Virus record (IMG/VR): IMGVR_UViG_3300010355_001317
Coordinates: 1-64,000 of that record
Length of the DNA stretch: 64,000 bases
Origin: a virus
Taxonomy: Duplodnaviria; Heunggongvirae; Uroviricota; Caudoviricetes
Direction: 5' to 3' (one strand)
Below the pieces are notes generated by a model, which saw only the letters and a program-made list of their open reading frames with translations, made no database searches and had not been told where the DNA came from. Made by a program: the position numbers and the translations under genes. Positions 18,539 to 28,160 of the stretch are shown here, in pieces. Each line of letters opens with the position of its first letter. Position 1 is the stretch's first letter.

Positions 18539-18583
18539 TTATGGTGGAAGGACTCGAACCTTCACTAACCCCCTTTACCATAA
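18539..18583 (-). ncRNA. tRNA-like minihelix A (acceptor stem plus T-arm only)
   Basis: Minus RNA TTATGGT-13 nt-GAAGG-TTCGAGT-CCTTC-ACCATAA forms a 7-bp acceptor and a T-arm with no D or anticodon arms. Confidence 0.3.
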
Positions 18584-18592
18584 CTAAAACTA

Positions 18593-19336
18593 TTACTTCT
18601 CAAATACAAAATCAAGGAGCTTTGTACCAAAATCTTCTTGTTTTACTTCAATAGAATTAGCTTCTTCTCTAGCAACTTTAATAGCTTTATCTAATGCACG
18701 AATTTTTTCAAGCATTTTTTCTTTATCTTGCTTTGCAATACATCCAGAAAATTTTGTAGTAGACCAAGTACCAATAACCACATCTTCATTGTATACCTCT
18801 ACTTGGGCAGGATGCTTATCTGTTGCTTCCGCTTTAACATGGTTCTTCATTACTTTTTTTGTTTTAAAAGTATCTTTAGAATCTGAAACATATTGCATAG
18901 AATCCTCTTTCCATGTCCAATTCTCTGCAGGATCAAGAACAGGAAGGGCATTTACAAATGTGTGCAAATCTGTAAGCTGCTTTTCAAGAAAAAGAAGATG
19001 TGTAACGGGTACTTGATTAAGAATTATTTTACCATCTACTAACACATCAGCTTTAGCATTACAGTTTGCAACATCTTGTGTTGCACATACATTATACATA
19101 TCTTCACAAACTTCTCTTGCTTCTTTAATACATTCAAATACAGAAGTTTGAATCTGCTTATCCTCATTAGGAAAACGATCTCCTTCTTCATCCTTAGGTG
19201 TGTATCGTTTTGCTAAACCCTGAAATAAATCTGCTTTTTCTAAAGTATGATATACTTTAGAAAGTACTTTTTCCTTGCGACTTTTTTGACCATTGGCAAT
19301 GGCAATAACTTGATTAAGTTTTAATGTTTTGTTCAT
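18593..19336 (-). CDS. hypothetical protein (conserved-looking; GC above background)
   Basis: 247-aa ORF immediately downstream of the AAA ATPase. Confidence 0.5.
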   Translation of the reverse strand: MNKTLKLNQVIAIANGQKSRKEKVLSKVYHTLEKADLFQGLAKRYTPKDEEGDRFPNEDKQIQTSVFECIKEAREVCEDMYNVCATQDVANCNAKADVLVDGKIILNQVPVTHLLFLEKQLTDLHTFVNALPVLDPAENWTWKEDSMQYVSDSKDTFKTKKVMKNHVKAEATDKHPAQVEVYNEDVVIGTWSTTKFSGCIAKQDKEKMLEKIRALDKAIKVAREEANSIEVKQEDFGTKLLDFVFEK

Positions 19337-19364
19337 TTTTTAAACCTCAATTTAAATTTTATTT

Positions 19365-20363
19365 TTATTTATGAAAACCTACTGCTCCTCCAAAATCATC
19401 GCTAGATTTTTTCTTGAACATTAGTTTTCTAAGTAGCTTACATGCTTCCTCAAATGTTTTATCTAAGCATTTAATTGATATAACTAATTCTGCTAAACCA
19501 GCAAAAGAGAAACCTTCTGTACCCTTTACATATCTAGTTAACTCATCTTGATCTTCTATCTTTAATTTTTCAGCTAAATATATTCTTCTCATTACTTCAG
19601 AAGGCATTCCTATTTTTATTACTCTATCAAATCGTCTCGGACGATTAACAATACGAGGATCCAATTTTTCTGGATAGTTAGTAGTAGCTATATGCAATAC
19701 ATGATTAGTATTAGATTCACCATCTAAAAATGATAGTAAACTTTCTTCTCCATATCTGTTAATAATAGAATCTATATCTTCAAATAAGCAGATAACTCTT
19801 CTATGAGGTTCTATTTTTCTTACTACTTCGATTCCTTTAATAAGAAGAGCAGGTGCCGTATTTCCGTTTAAAACTATACCATGTTCTTCTTTGATAAGAG
19901 CATTAAGAATTTGTTGTACAAGTATACTCTTTCCACTTCCTTGAGGACCATAAAACATATATCCTCTTTTGTGTAGAAAGCCATACTTTTCAAATAGATC
20001 TGCTTTCTTCCAAAAAGAAGAAATTTCTGAAGTAATTTGACTCATAATACTATCAGGAAATGTTAACCAATTATCTACTGATAAATCTTGTTTAGTGAAA
20101 AGTATTCCCATATTAGTTCTATCTAGATCATAGAATCCTGCAGGTATAGCTTTAATAGTATTACCGGAAGCCACAAAAGAATAACTAGATAAAGCAGACC
20201 ATTGATTAACATCTTGCGGATGTTTTTGTTGATTATCCTCTGATAACTCTATTGGGGCATCTTCTGTTCCTACTATCTCTGCTATTTCCTTTCTAAGATT
20301 TAGAATATCTGAATTAATCTCTGTACCAAATTCTTCTATATCGTTCATCCATGTCTCCATCAA
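19365..20363 (-). CDS. AAA-family ATPase (classic AAA domain)
   Basis: Walker A GPQGSGKS, Walker B ICLFEDIDS, and HIATTNYPEKLDPRIVNRPRRFDRVIKIGMP (second region of homology). Confidence 0.8.
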   Translation of the reverse strand: MMETWMNDIEEFGTEINSDILNLRKEIAEIVGTEDAPIELSEDNQQKHPQDVNQWSALSSYSFVASGNTIKAIPAGFYDLDRTNMGILFTKQDLSVDNWLTFPDSIMSQITSEISSFWKKADLFEKYGFLHKRGYMFYGPQGSGKSILVQQILNALIKEEHGIVLNGNTAPALLIKGIEVVRKIEPHRRVICLFEDIDSIINRYGEESLLSFLDGESNTNHVLHIATTNYPEKLDPRIVNRPRRFDRVIKIGMPSEVMRRIYLAEKLKIEDQDELTRYVKGTEGFSFAGLAELVISIKCLDKTFEEACKLLRKLMFKKKSSDDFGGAVGFHK

Positions 20364-20974
20364 TCTATAAGATAAGATCTAAGATCTAAAATTCTCTTTG
20401 CTATTTCTGTATCTTTATCATTACATGCATCTTCAAAATCAAAAAGATTGTTTGAAATAGAAGAGCATTCTTCATACGAAACATCTGCAAGACCTATATT
20501 ATCAAACTTCCAATTTACTTTAAATTCTTTAGAAGCTTTTAAAGTAAAAGGTGTAGATATACCAACATGCTTATCAAGAATTTCTTGAAACTTTTTTTCA
20601 TTTTGTATTCTTGAATAAGTAATATATCTGTAAATATTTCTTAGTTCTACAAAAGCTTTTTCGTCTGTTTTTATTTGTTTTTTGGTATTAGAAATAATAC
20701 TTTTATCCATCTTCACTTTTTGAAAGTATTCTAATTCCTTATAAAAATTAAAAAGCATTTCATCAGAAAACTTTTCTTCATGCATTTCATAAAAATCTTT
20801 AAATTGACTGAAAAGCAATTCTACTGAGGAGTTATATACATCCCAAGAACAATACTTATCTTTGTTTTTTAAAGCAAACTTAACAGCATTAATTCTTTTA
20901 GTTATTTTTTTATAAAAAAGATAATCCAGCTCAGAAGTCATGAAAATTAACTTGTATTTAATTCTTGAAAGCAT
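20360..20974 (-). CDS. hypothetical protein
   Basis: 204-aa ORF with ATGA overlap to the AAA gene. Confidence 0.45.
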   Translation of the reverse strand: MLSRIKYKLIFMTSELDYLFYKKITKRINAVKFALKNKDKYCSWDVYNSSVELLFSQFKDFYEMHEEKFSDEMLFNFYKELEYFQKVKMDKSIISNTKKQIKTDEKAFVELRNIYRYITYSRIQNEKKFQEILDKHVGISTPFTLKASKEFKVNWKFDNIGLADVSYEECSSISNNLFDFEDACNDKDTEIAKRILDLRSYLID

Positions 20975-21210
20975 TATTTTTTCTTCTCCTTTGAGGATTT
21001 AGTACATTGCAAAGCATTGCCGTGCAATGTCATTTGTAACTTACATTTGCATGTAACAGACTCATCATGGTGTAGAGGTGGTAATTCAGTTCCACAGCTA
21101 GGGCATTTAAAAGAAGTGATTACTAAAGCTGTATAGCTAGGATCAATTTCAGATCTACAATAAGATTTTATTGTATATCTATTATACGGAAGCAATTCTT
21201 TTATTATCAT
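20974..21210 (-). CDS. zinc-ribbon protein
   Basis: CPSCG ... CKCK. Confidence 0.4.
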   Translation of the reverse strand: MIIKELLPYNRYTIKSYCRSEIDPSYTALVITSFKCPSCGTELPPLHHDESVTCKCKLQMTLHGNALQCTKSSKEKKK

Positions 21211-21837
21211 TTAATATTCCCTCCAAAATTGTGTTCCACAATACTTACACTTAGCACCTTCTTTTGCAACACCACATCCTGGGCAGAAATCACTCTTTCT
21301 TTTTCCAGGAGGAATCTTAGATATTACTTGACTTAAACTAAGTATTGCCTCTGCTGCTTTCTCAAATACGTTTTCTTCTTCTTGATAATCTAAATCATAA
21401 ACTTCGTTTAACTGTTGCTCAAATTCAACCCATTTTTCTTCGTTATCCGTTCCACAATAATTACAATGATATGAGTATCCTGGAACAGGAAAACCGCATT
21501 TAGTACAGATGTAATACTTCTTTTCTTGTTCTTCTATATATCTAGAATAAATATTTATTCCTTGGATGATCCAATGATACCTGGTTAAATATCTATTTCT
21601 GGAAGAAGAAAAGAACATTGTACCAAGTAATTTAATTTGATTAAGCCCTAATATAATTATATAAGTAAGATAGGATCTTTCTTTTAAAGATTCTATAGGA
21701 ATAGAATAATATTTAGAATGCTTTTTTAAAACTACTCTAGCATAAAAGTCCTTTAATTCCGACATATGTTTAGAATGAAAGTCTTTGTTATTAAGTTCTT
21801 CTATTTTAAGAAGTTTTAGATTACTTGTTAACAACAT
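21211..21837 (-). CDS. multi-zinc-ribbon protein
   Basis: CTKCG...CNYCG and CPGCG...CKYCG. Confidence 0.45.
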   Translation of the reverse strand: MLLTSNLKLLKIEELNNKDFHSKHMSELKDFYARVVLKKHSKYYSIPIESLKERSYLTYIIILGLNQIKLLGTMFFSSSRNRYLTRYHWIIQGINIYSRYIEEQEKKYYICTKCGFPVPGYSYHCNYCGTDNEEKWVEFEQQLNEVYDLDYQEEENVFEKAAEAILSLSQVISKIPPGKRKSDFCPGCGVAKEGAKCKYCGTQFWREY

Positions 21838-22033
21838 AATTAATACCAGATAAACTACTTCGTATAGTAGTTAATTCTTTATCTAACCCTAGAAGGCGAA
21901 GCATTGCATTTGTTACATCTTTTACACCCTCTTTCTTTCCTACCTCAAATCCTCTACTAAATTCTTTTCTTAACTTATTTTGAAGTTGTTTTTCTGTGTA
22001 TAACTTCTCTTGTTTTACTTTTTTCTTTTCCAT
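21821..22033 (-). CDS. hypothetical protein
   Basis: 70 aa, basic. Confidence 0.35.
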   Translation of the reverse strand: MEKKKVKQEKLYTEKQLQNKLRKEFSRGFEVGKKEGVKDVTNAMLRLLGLDKELTTIRSSLSGINYVVNK

Positions 22034-22203
22034 GGATTATGCCATACCTCCGTTTTACCCAAAAGTTTGTGAACAGTTTCTTCCCATAAAATACTTTTAC
22101 AAAGATCTTGTATTTCATCTTCTGATAATCCTTTTATCAAATCATCTTCTAATTTCATTTGACAAAGGAGCTTATCATTATGATATACATCTATTAGTCT
22201 CAT
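22015..22203 (-). CDS. hypothetical protein
   Basis: 62 aa. Confidence 0.3.
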   Translation of the reverse strand: MRLIDVYHNDKLLCQMKLEDDLIKGLSEDEIQDLCKSILWEETVHKLLGKTEVWHNPWKRKK

Positions 22204-22475
22204 TTCTTCTTTTTAAGATTTTTAATAAAAAGTTCTATGCTTTCTTTAACATCTTTATATACTTGTTCAGTAGATACTATTTTCTTTTTGGAAGTATATT
22301 TCTTTTGAATCTTTTTCATTTCTTTTCTACCTCTACTTCTTCAAATTTAGATCTTAATCCTGTAGCACCATTAGCTTTTGTATAGTGATAGTAGTGTAAT
22401 ACTATCTTCTTACCACTAGTTTTCTTATCCTTTTTATTATCTTCTTTACCACCAATCTTTGCCATTACATTTCTC

Positions 22476-22991
22476 CTATTTTAATATTATCTCATAATAG
22501 ATAGCTACTGCTGCTAAACTAGAAAGATATGAAATGTTATCATCTTTTTCTAGTGGTTCTATACCATCTGGTATTCTAACTCTAATTGGAAATCTGTATT
22601 CTAAAACATTTTCATCTATATCTATAATAGAAACTATTGCAAAAAGCTCTCTAAGATTATAACTTAATTCTACATTAGATATCTTTAATGAATACCAAGT
22701 ATAAGTATTCAGAATATCTTTACTATTTTTTGCACTATCTGTATAAAAGAAATTATATAATAAATTAGATAATTCTTTTTGAAAGATTTCTCTATTTGCA
22801 TAATCAGTTACTACTTTAAATTCACCTTTAGATTTATATCCATATGCTTTATACTCACTAGTATTAAAGGGTATCCATCCAATAAACATTTTATGATGCT
22901 TCTTTAATTCTATTGCATAACTATCAACGGAATTAAATATAAAAATAGCTAGTAAAATAATCAATAACTTTTTCATATTATTATTCCTCAC
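22476..22991 (-). CDS. secreted protein
   Basis: signal peptide MKKLLIILLAIFIFNSVDSYA. Confidence 0.45.
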   Translation of the reverse strand: MRNNNMKKLLIILLAIFIFNSVDSYAIELKKHHKMFIGWIPFNTSEYKAYGYKSKGEFKVVTDYANREIFQKELSNLLYNFFYTDSAKNSKDILNTYTWYSLKISNVELSYNLRELFAIVSIIDIDENVLEYRFPIRVRIPDGIEPLEKDDNISYLSSLAAVAIYYEIILK

Positions 22992-23202
22992 ATTTTACAG
23001 GTGTTCCATCATCATGCAACTTTGGTGCTATACCACCAGCCTGATAACCATTATTTAAATAATACACATGCCCTTCAATGCATCTTCTTTGAATATAAAA
23101 ACTCTGTAAGTAATTTCCATGATTGACGCTACCTGGTGTAGAATAATCATTGGATGAACAATTAAGAAATACAAAAGCTACTAGACAAATTAGTTTTTTC
23201 AT
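22981..23202 (-). CDS. lipoprotein
   Basis: lipobox FVFLNCSS. Confidence 0.4.
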   Translation of the reverse strand: MKKLICLVAFVFLNCSSNDYSTPGSVNHGNYLQSFYIQRRCIEGHVYYLNNGYQAGGIAPKLHDDGTPVKCEE

Positions 23203-23451
23203 TATCGTCTCCTATTTTATTTTAATGTCCTGGAGTGAGGCACTGCCCCTCACACAGCATGTTTGGCTCCTACCCTCGATATTACTATCTACTACACTAC
23301 CGTCCGTCTCGTTGTTAGTATCCGGCCCACAACAACCTATTAGGCGACTACCCCTATACATGCTAATTCATATTGCCGGTGTCCCTTCTTGCGTCTTCTA
23401 CTTCCGCCATCCAGGAAAAAGAGGAGCATCAGCTCCTCAAAACATTAGATA
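23203..23451. ncRNA. GC-rich non-coding island with stable hairpins (candidate structured RNA)
   Basis: No minus-strand ORF. Hairpins GTGAGG-CACTGCC-CCTCAC and GAGGAGC-ATCAGC-TCCTC. GC content clearly above the flanks. Confidence 0.25.
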
Positions 23452-24189
23452 CTATTTTTGGTTAGGTACCATCATCATGGTTTTATCACCCATCATATAC
23501 ATAGGAAGTTTGCCATCCCATTTTTGAATCCACTGCATCATAACTGTATCCTTACTGATAGTTGCACGAAGAAGTTCTTGCTTACGCGCTTCACCTTCAG
23601 CTGTTAAAATAGTAGCTAGCTTATCTTGTTCAGCCTGTTTCTTTTTATACTCTGCAGTTTTAATCTTTTGTTCTTCAATCTGTTTTTCTTCTACAACTTT
23701 ATTAAATTCTTCATCAAAAGAGATATTAACTAGATTAACGGATTCTAGAACAATATTATAAAAAGCAAGTCTATCTTTTAAAGATTTCTCTATAAGAGAT
23801 TTAACGTCTTCTCTTTTTACAATAATCTCCTCTACAGGATATTGTGAAACAGAAGCTTTAACGCTTTCATTAACAGCAGGATGCAGAACTTTATCTGCAT
23901 AATCTCTACCTACTTTAACATACAAGTTATTTACTTTTTCATAATCTAGATGATAATTAATCACTACTTTTACAAAAACTTTTTGTAAGTCTTTTGATGC
24001 AGAATCTGCATCAATTGTTTCTTTTTGTGTTTTTACATCAAATTTAACTACATCAGTTACAATAGGAAGCTTAAAGTGCAATCCTTGAGAATAAGCGTCT
24101 GTAGCACCAGTAATTCTATTAAATGTAACACCTACTACACCTGCACCAACTGTATAACAAGATCCACAAGTAAGAATTAAACTAAGCAA
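23452..24189 (-). CDS. SPFH/band-7 (prohibitin/HflC-like) membrane protein
   Basis: N-terminal TM, SPFH core (LHFKLPIVTDVVKFDVKTQ...) and C-terminal coiled coil. Confidence 0.8.
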   Translation of the reverse strand: MLSLILTCGSCYTVGAGVVGVTFNRITGATDAYSQGLHFKLPIVTDVVKFDVKTQKETIDADSASKDLQKVFVKVVINYHLDYEKVNNLYVKVGRDYADKVLHPAVNESVKASVSQYPVEEIIVKREDVKSLIEKSLKDRLAFYNIVLESVNLVNISFDEEFNKVVEEKQIEEQKIKTAEYKKKQAEQDKLATILTAEGEARKQELLRATISKDTVMMQWIQKWDGKLPMYMMGDKTMMMVPNQK

Positions 24190-24304
24190 ACCAAGTAGTG
24201 ATCATTTGATAATCTTTGGTACCTGTTTTTTAATAGCATCCACCTCCATATTCATTTATATCTAATCCTCCTTTAGTTAATTTATATATAAAATTAGAAT
24301 TTAT

Positions 24305-24550
24305 CTAATTGTATATATTACTATTTAATAATTCCCAACCTTTTTCTGTTAGTCTAAATTCACAATATTTAGTATCTGGCCAATGTTTATCTGAAAAGTA
24401 TTCTGCATATCCTTGCTTAACAAGAAAATCTGCAGCTCTGGCATCTGCAGAAAATCTAGTACTAAATTTATTATCCTCTTCGAATGAAGAATAACAAAAC
24501 TGATTTATCAGTTGAAGAAGATGATGTAGAGTTTCTTTATCTATTTCCAT
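24305..24550 (-). CDS. hypothetical protein
   Basis: 81 aa. Confidence 0.4.
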   Translation of the reverse strand: MEIDKETLHHLLQLINQFCYSSFEEDNKFSTRFSADARAADFLVKQGYAEYFSDKHWPDTKYCEFRLTEKGWELLNSNIYN

Positions 24551-24803
24551 TACTATTACACCTTATTGGTCTTGGATCTCCATTTTCTATTTGATACATT
24601 TGAATAGTATGTGCTGAAGAATACTTATCTGAAGTATACGTAGTTAAATATTTGTATCCATCAATACATAAAATTCTATAATAAATTCTGTCACTATATT
24701 TATAAGATTCATCTTTGGATAAAGAAAATCTATCTATTATAGTAGTTTTTGCAAAAGAAAAAGAGCCAAGTAAAATAAATATTATTACTAATAACTTTTT
24801 CAT
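24537..24803 (-). CDS. secreted small protein
   Basis: signal peptide MKKLLVIIFILLGSFSFA. Confidence 0.4.
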   Translation of the reverse strand: MKKLLVIIFILLGSFSFAKTTIIDRFSLSKDESYKYSDRIYYRILCIDGYKYLTTYTSDKYSSAHTIQMYQIENGDPRPIRCNSNGNR

Positions 24804-24805
24804 AA

Positions 24806-25399
24806 TTAAACACCTGTTAATTCCTTAAAGTGTGGAAGCTGTTCTACCCAAGAACAAAACTCACCCCAATCTTCTTTTAGCTTATGCATCTTTCTTTGAT
24901 TATAAATGTTTTTCAATTGTAAATAGTTAGTACTTATTCTGGCTGTTAACTCCAATCCCATTGGACAGTTAGAAAGTAACTTCATATAATTTTCATAAGT
25001 AGGATTAGCTTGATAATCATTTTGTAGATTAGTAAGATATTCTATTACTTGTTTTGACACATATTTATTCATTCCAGATTCCAAATCCATAAAAGCTAAT
25101 TTGTGCATTTTACTTTGCGAACTAATAAACTGTGCAAAATGATATCTCTGAAACTGCATTGACCAATAAGCTGGATAGGTTACATCAAACTGAACAATAA
25201 TACCAGTAAGAAAATTTGCATGTCCAGAATTTGATTGTGCATTACCTAGCTTACAGCTTCTTTTATAATGAGGTGTTTTATCAAAATGAAAATAAACACC
25301 ATCGCTAAATTCATGTGGTAAATCTGTTCGCATTGGATATCCAGAAGCAATACAACTTTCTTCTAGACCATAAACTTGTGTGTTACTTATTCTTAACAT
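24806..25399 (-). CDS. divergent ThyX-like (flavin-dependent thymidylate synthase fold) protein
   Basis: GHANFLTGIIVQFDVTYPAYWSMQFQRYHFAQFISSQSK aligns by pattern with the ThyX [39 protein letters not shown]. The RHR motif is replaced by RYH. Confidence 0.4.
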   Translation of the reverse strand: MLRISNTQVYGLEESCIASGYPMRTDLPHEFSDGVYFHFDKTPHYKRSCKLGNAQSNSGHANFLTGIIVQFDVTYPAYWSMQFQRYHFAQFISSQSKMHKLAFMDLESGMNKYVSKQVIEYLTNLQNDYQANPTYENYMKLLSNCPMGLELTARISTNYLQLKNIYNQRKMHKLKEDWGEFCSWVEQLPHFKELTGV

Positions 25400-25796
25400 T
25401 ATTATCTTCTTCCAAAAGTTTATTTAATTTAGAAAGATAAGGAAGAGCTTTCTCATATTCTTCTGTTTTAACTTTATCCAAATCTTCAAATTTAACAAAG
25501 GCAACAGAATGATATTCAAGAGTTTGAATTTTATCATCTTTTGTCATAGTCCAAATATTTGTTTCTACTTTCCAAGTATTATTCAAATAAGAAGATCTTT
25601 TTACTTCTTGTTCAATACTTGCTTTGATATTACTTGCAATAAAATCTTTTTCTTTTTCCATAGTATTTACCTTAGGTTGAAGTACATTGTAAATTACTTT
25701 ATTACAGCTTACAATACCAAAACCAAGACTGGCAAGAACAAGTATTATAAAAGCTGCAATACTCACAAATATTACACCAAACACTGCTTTTATCAT
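25383..25796 (-). CDS. membrane-anchored hypothetical protein
   Basis: N-terminal TM. Confidence 0.4.
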   Translation of the reverse strand: MIKAVFGVIFVSIAAFIILVLASLGFGIVSCNKVIYNVLQPKVNTMEKEKDFIASNIKASIEQEVKRSSYLNNTWKVETNIWTMTKDDKIQTLEYHSVAFVKFEDLDKVKTEEYEKALPYLSKLNKLLEEDNNVKNK

Positions 25797-25800
25797 AATA

Positions 25801-25995
25801 TTACCTCAAAAATGCTTCAGCAAGAATAAGCATAAGAATTAAACCCATAAGAACACAAGCTAATACTTTTAACGGGAGCGGTCTATCCTTAACAAAAATA
25901 TCTGCTATGGTCCATACACAAACAATTATAAGAAAAATAGAATATAATGTTCCTAATAATACTGAAAGAAGATAACCAAAACCACCACCAATCAA
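25801..25995 (-). CDS. small membrane protein
   Basis: 2 TM. Confidence 0.35.
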   Translation of the reverse strand: MIGGGFGYLLSVLLGTLYSIFLIIVCVWTIADIFVKDRPLPLKVLACVLMGLILMLILAEAFLR

Positions 25996-26459
25996 ACCGA
26001 CAACTAAAGGTATTATAATTTTACTTTTATCCTTTTTAAATATTTTTTACAAGTTTCCTAAAGTTTCTTGAGAAAATCTCAAGATAATCTTCGAAGAAAT
26101 CTTGAATGGCAAATTTAATAGTGTAATACCATTCACGAAACTTATCTGTAACTATTTCCAGATATTTTAAAAATATTTCAATAAATTTCTGAAGTTTTTT
26201 CTTAAATGTTTCCATAATTTTAACTCCTATTTAACTTTGATTAAAAGTAGATTTCATTTCTTCTGGAATAACTATTTTTTTACTTTGATAGCGCCGTTTA
26301 GCTTCTTTCCCACACTTCTCACATGGAATAGTCTTTGGAAAATCCACTCCATATTCCTTTTTAAATTCTGTAATATGACCACATTCACAGATGTATTCGT
26401 CTATCATTTCTTTTTCTTCTCCTTTTTTGGAATATACAGTATTAATGATTCTTGTCTCA

Positions 26460-26780
26460 TAAAATATTTTGTAAATTTATCATCTACAACTTCATAGCTA
26501 TGGTAGTAAGATGGAAAATAGCTACGTTCCTCTTCAGCTTGTGTGTAATCCGTTACTATAAATACCCTATCGTCCTGCACTGAATCAGTATATCTAAGAA
26601 CAGGGCAAGATTTATCTTTTAATCTAACTTGAACTTTATCTCCTTTTTAAAGATAAAAGGATTCTTTAGAAAGAAAATTTCTTTCTTTAAACTCTGAATT
26701 TCAGAATTTGTTGCTTCTTTATAGTGTGAAAAATTGCTTTCTAAGTCTTTAAATCGTTTAAAAATCATATTAAACTCCTA
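26460..26780 (-). pseudogene. frameshifted gene: 49-aa ORF followed in the -1 frame by about 77 stop-free codons lacking a start
   Basis: ORF MIFKRFKDLESNF...KKEIKFKLD stops at about 26613. The overlapping frame GDKVQVRLKDKSCPVLRYTDSVQDDRVFIVTDYTQAEEERSYFPSYYHSYEVVDDKF... stays open to about 26405 with no ATG for 57 codons. The join lies near TTTAAAAAGGAG. Confidence 0.3.
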
Positions 26781-27020
26781 AAATTTAAGTTTAACTACAG
26801 AGTAATCGTCTTTATACTTTTCGAATAATACACGAACAGCAGCTTTGATGTTATCTGCATCTGCTTCATCCTTAAGAAGAAGAGTTAAATCAACTGCTAG
26901 ATCTAGACATTTTTCGAAATCTAAGGTGATCTCTTCTTTTTTCTTATGATATCTAAAAAATGATAAAATTTTTGCTGTCATAAATTTTGAGTAAAAGTAG
27001 TGTATGAATAACCTATACAA
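26778..27020 (-). CDS. hypothetical protein
   Basis: 80 aa. Confidence 0.4.
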   Translation of the reverse strand: MYRLFIHYFYSKFMTAKILSFFRYHKKKEEITLDFEKCLDLAVDLTLLLKDEADADNIKAAVRVLFEKYKDDYSVVKLKF

Positions 27021-27294
27021 TTATTTTTCTAATCATCCCTTCTAAAGTATTAATAGATATCTGTGCAACCTGCTTACCTTCCTTGTATCTATTTTTAACA
27101 ATTACAAGACTACTATGATTAAATGCATTAGCATGATTTTTATTTAAAAGATGAACTCCTTGAAGAAAATCTTTCGAATAGAAAAATCTATCTGGAATAG
27201 TTAAACTCCAGCATTCACCTTTATGAAAAAAGGATTCTTTTGTACTTGTATCTTTTGAAAAGATAAAATGATAAGTATGAAATTTTTCAATCAT
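27013..27294 (-). CDS. hypothetical protein
   Basis: 93 aa. Confidence 0.4.
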   Translation of the reverse strand: MIEKFHTYHFIFSKDTSTKESFFHKGECWSLTIPDRFFYSKDFLQGVHLLNKNHANAFNHSSLVIVKNRYKEGKQVAQISINTLEGMIRKIIV

Positions 27295-27565
27295 CTTCTA
27301 CTATCTCTCTTTTAAAGAAGTGTATTTCCTTTTTCTCAATTAAAGATATAAACTGTTGTACTGTTATATATACTCTTCTTAAAGAAATTTGATCATGTAT
27401 ATTATAAGGTATAATTGTTAATTTAAAATCTTGATCAAAAGATATCAAAATATATGCTAACTCTAATGAAGATTTATTACCAAATGAAATTTTATAACAT
27501 TCATGCTTTTTCAAAGAATGAATTGGTATGTTTTTCATAACTATAAAATAAAAAACAGATTTCAT
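27287..27565 (-). CDS. hypothetical protein
   Basis: 92 aa. Confidence 0.4.
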   Translation of the reverse strand: MKSVFYFIVMKNIPIHSLKKHECYKISFGNKSSLELAYILISFDQDFKLTIIPYNIHDQISLRRVYITVQQFISLIEKKEIHFFKREIVEDD

Positions 27566-27567
27566 TT

Positions 27568-27894
27568 CTATTCATCCACTCTAACCATTTCTAATTGCAT
27601 AAAAATCCTTTTTGGACAAGCAAATAATTTTTTAGTTTCAAGATCCTGATAAATGGTTAGTATATCGCTTTTAACAAGTTTAGTTAAACCTCTTGTTACA
27701 CCGACAACTACTTTAGTATCAGTATGTTCGAATAATTGTATTGTTTCACCCGTTTCAGTATGTTCTGCTTCACCCTTACCCACATACTGATGTAAAAACT
27801 CATTTTTTATCTTTACTGCATGAGGAACATCACCCATAATAATTATGAGCTTATTTTCTTTAGTTCTATATACTCCAGAGACAACGAATTCCAT
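27568..27894 (-). CDS. hypothetical protein
   Basis: 108 aa. Confidence 0.4.
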   Translation of the reverse strand: MEFVVSGVYRTKENKLIIIMGDVPHAVKIKNEFLHQYVGKGEAEHTETGETIQLFEHTDTKVVVGVTRGLTKLVKSDILTIYQDLETKKLFACPKRIFMQLEMVRVDE

Positions 27895-28086
27895 ATCTAC
27901 CTCCTATTTACCTTCAATTATTCTTTCTTTCATTAGTTTAGTTTCTTTTCCTTTTTGTTTGTGAGAAAGATACTTCCATCTATTCTTAAGTTCTTTCTTA
28001 TCTTTATCCTCTGTAATACCAACTACTCTACAATACCTGTTAATTAAAGTCATTGTCTTTTCTCTCATGTATATCTCCTGATAATA

Positions 28087-28160
28087 AATTAGATGTCAAA
28101 GAAAGAGACCTAGATTTTTAGGTCTAGGTCTTAGAGAGGAATGAATAGTATTCATTCCTA
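28087..28160. terminator. tandem perfect hairpins in an intergenic gap
   Basis: AGACCTA-GATTTT-TAGGTCT followed by AGGAATGAATA-G-TATTCATTCCT. Confidence 0.35.

Noticed and set aside
18390-18587. 65-aa plus ORF inside the tRNA-like cluster
   Set aside because: It overlaps conserved T-arm motifs and has low-complexity translation.
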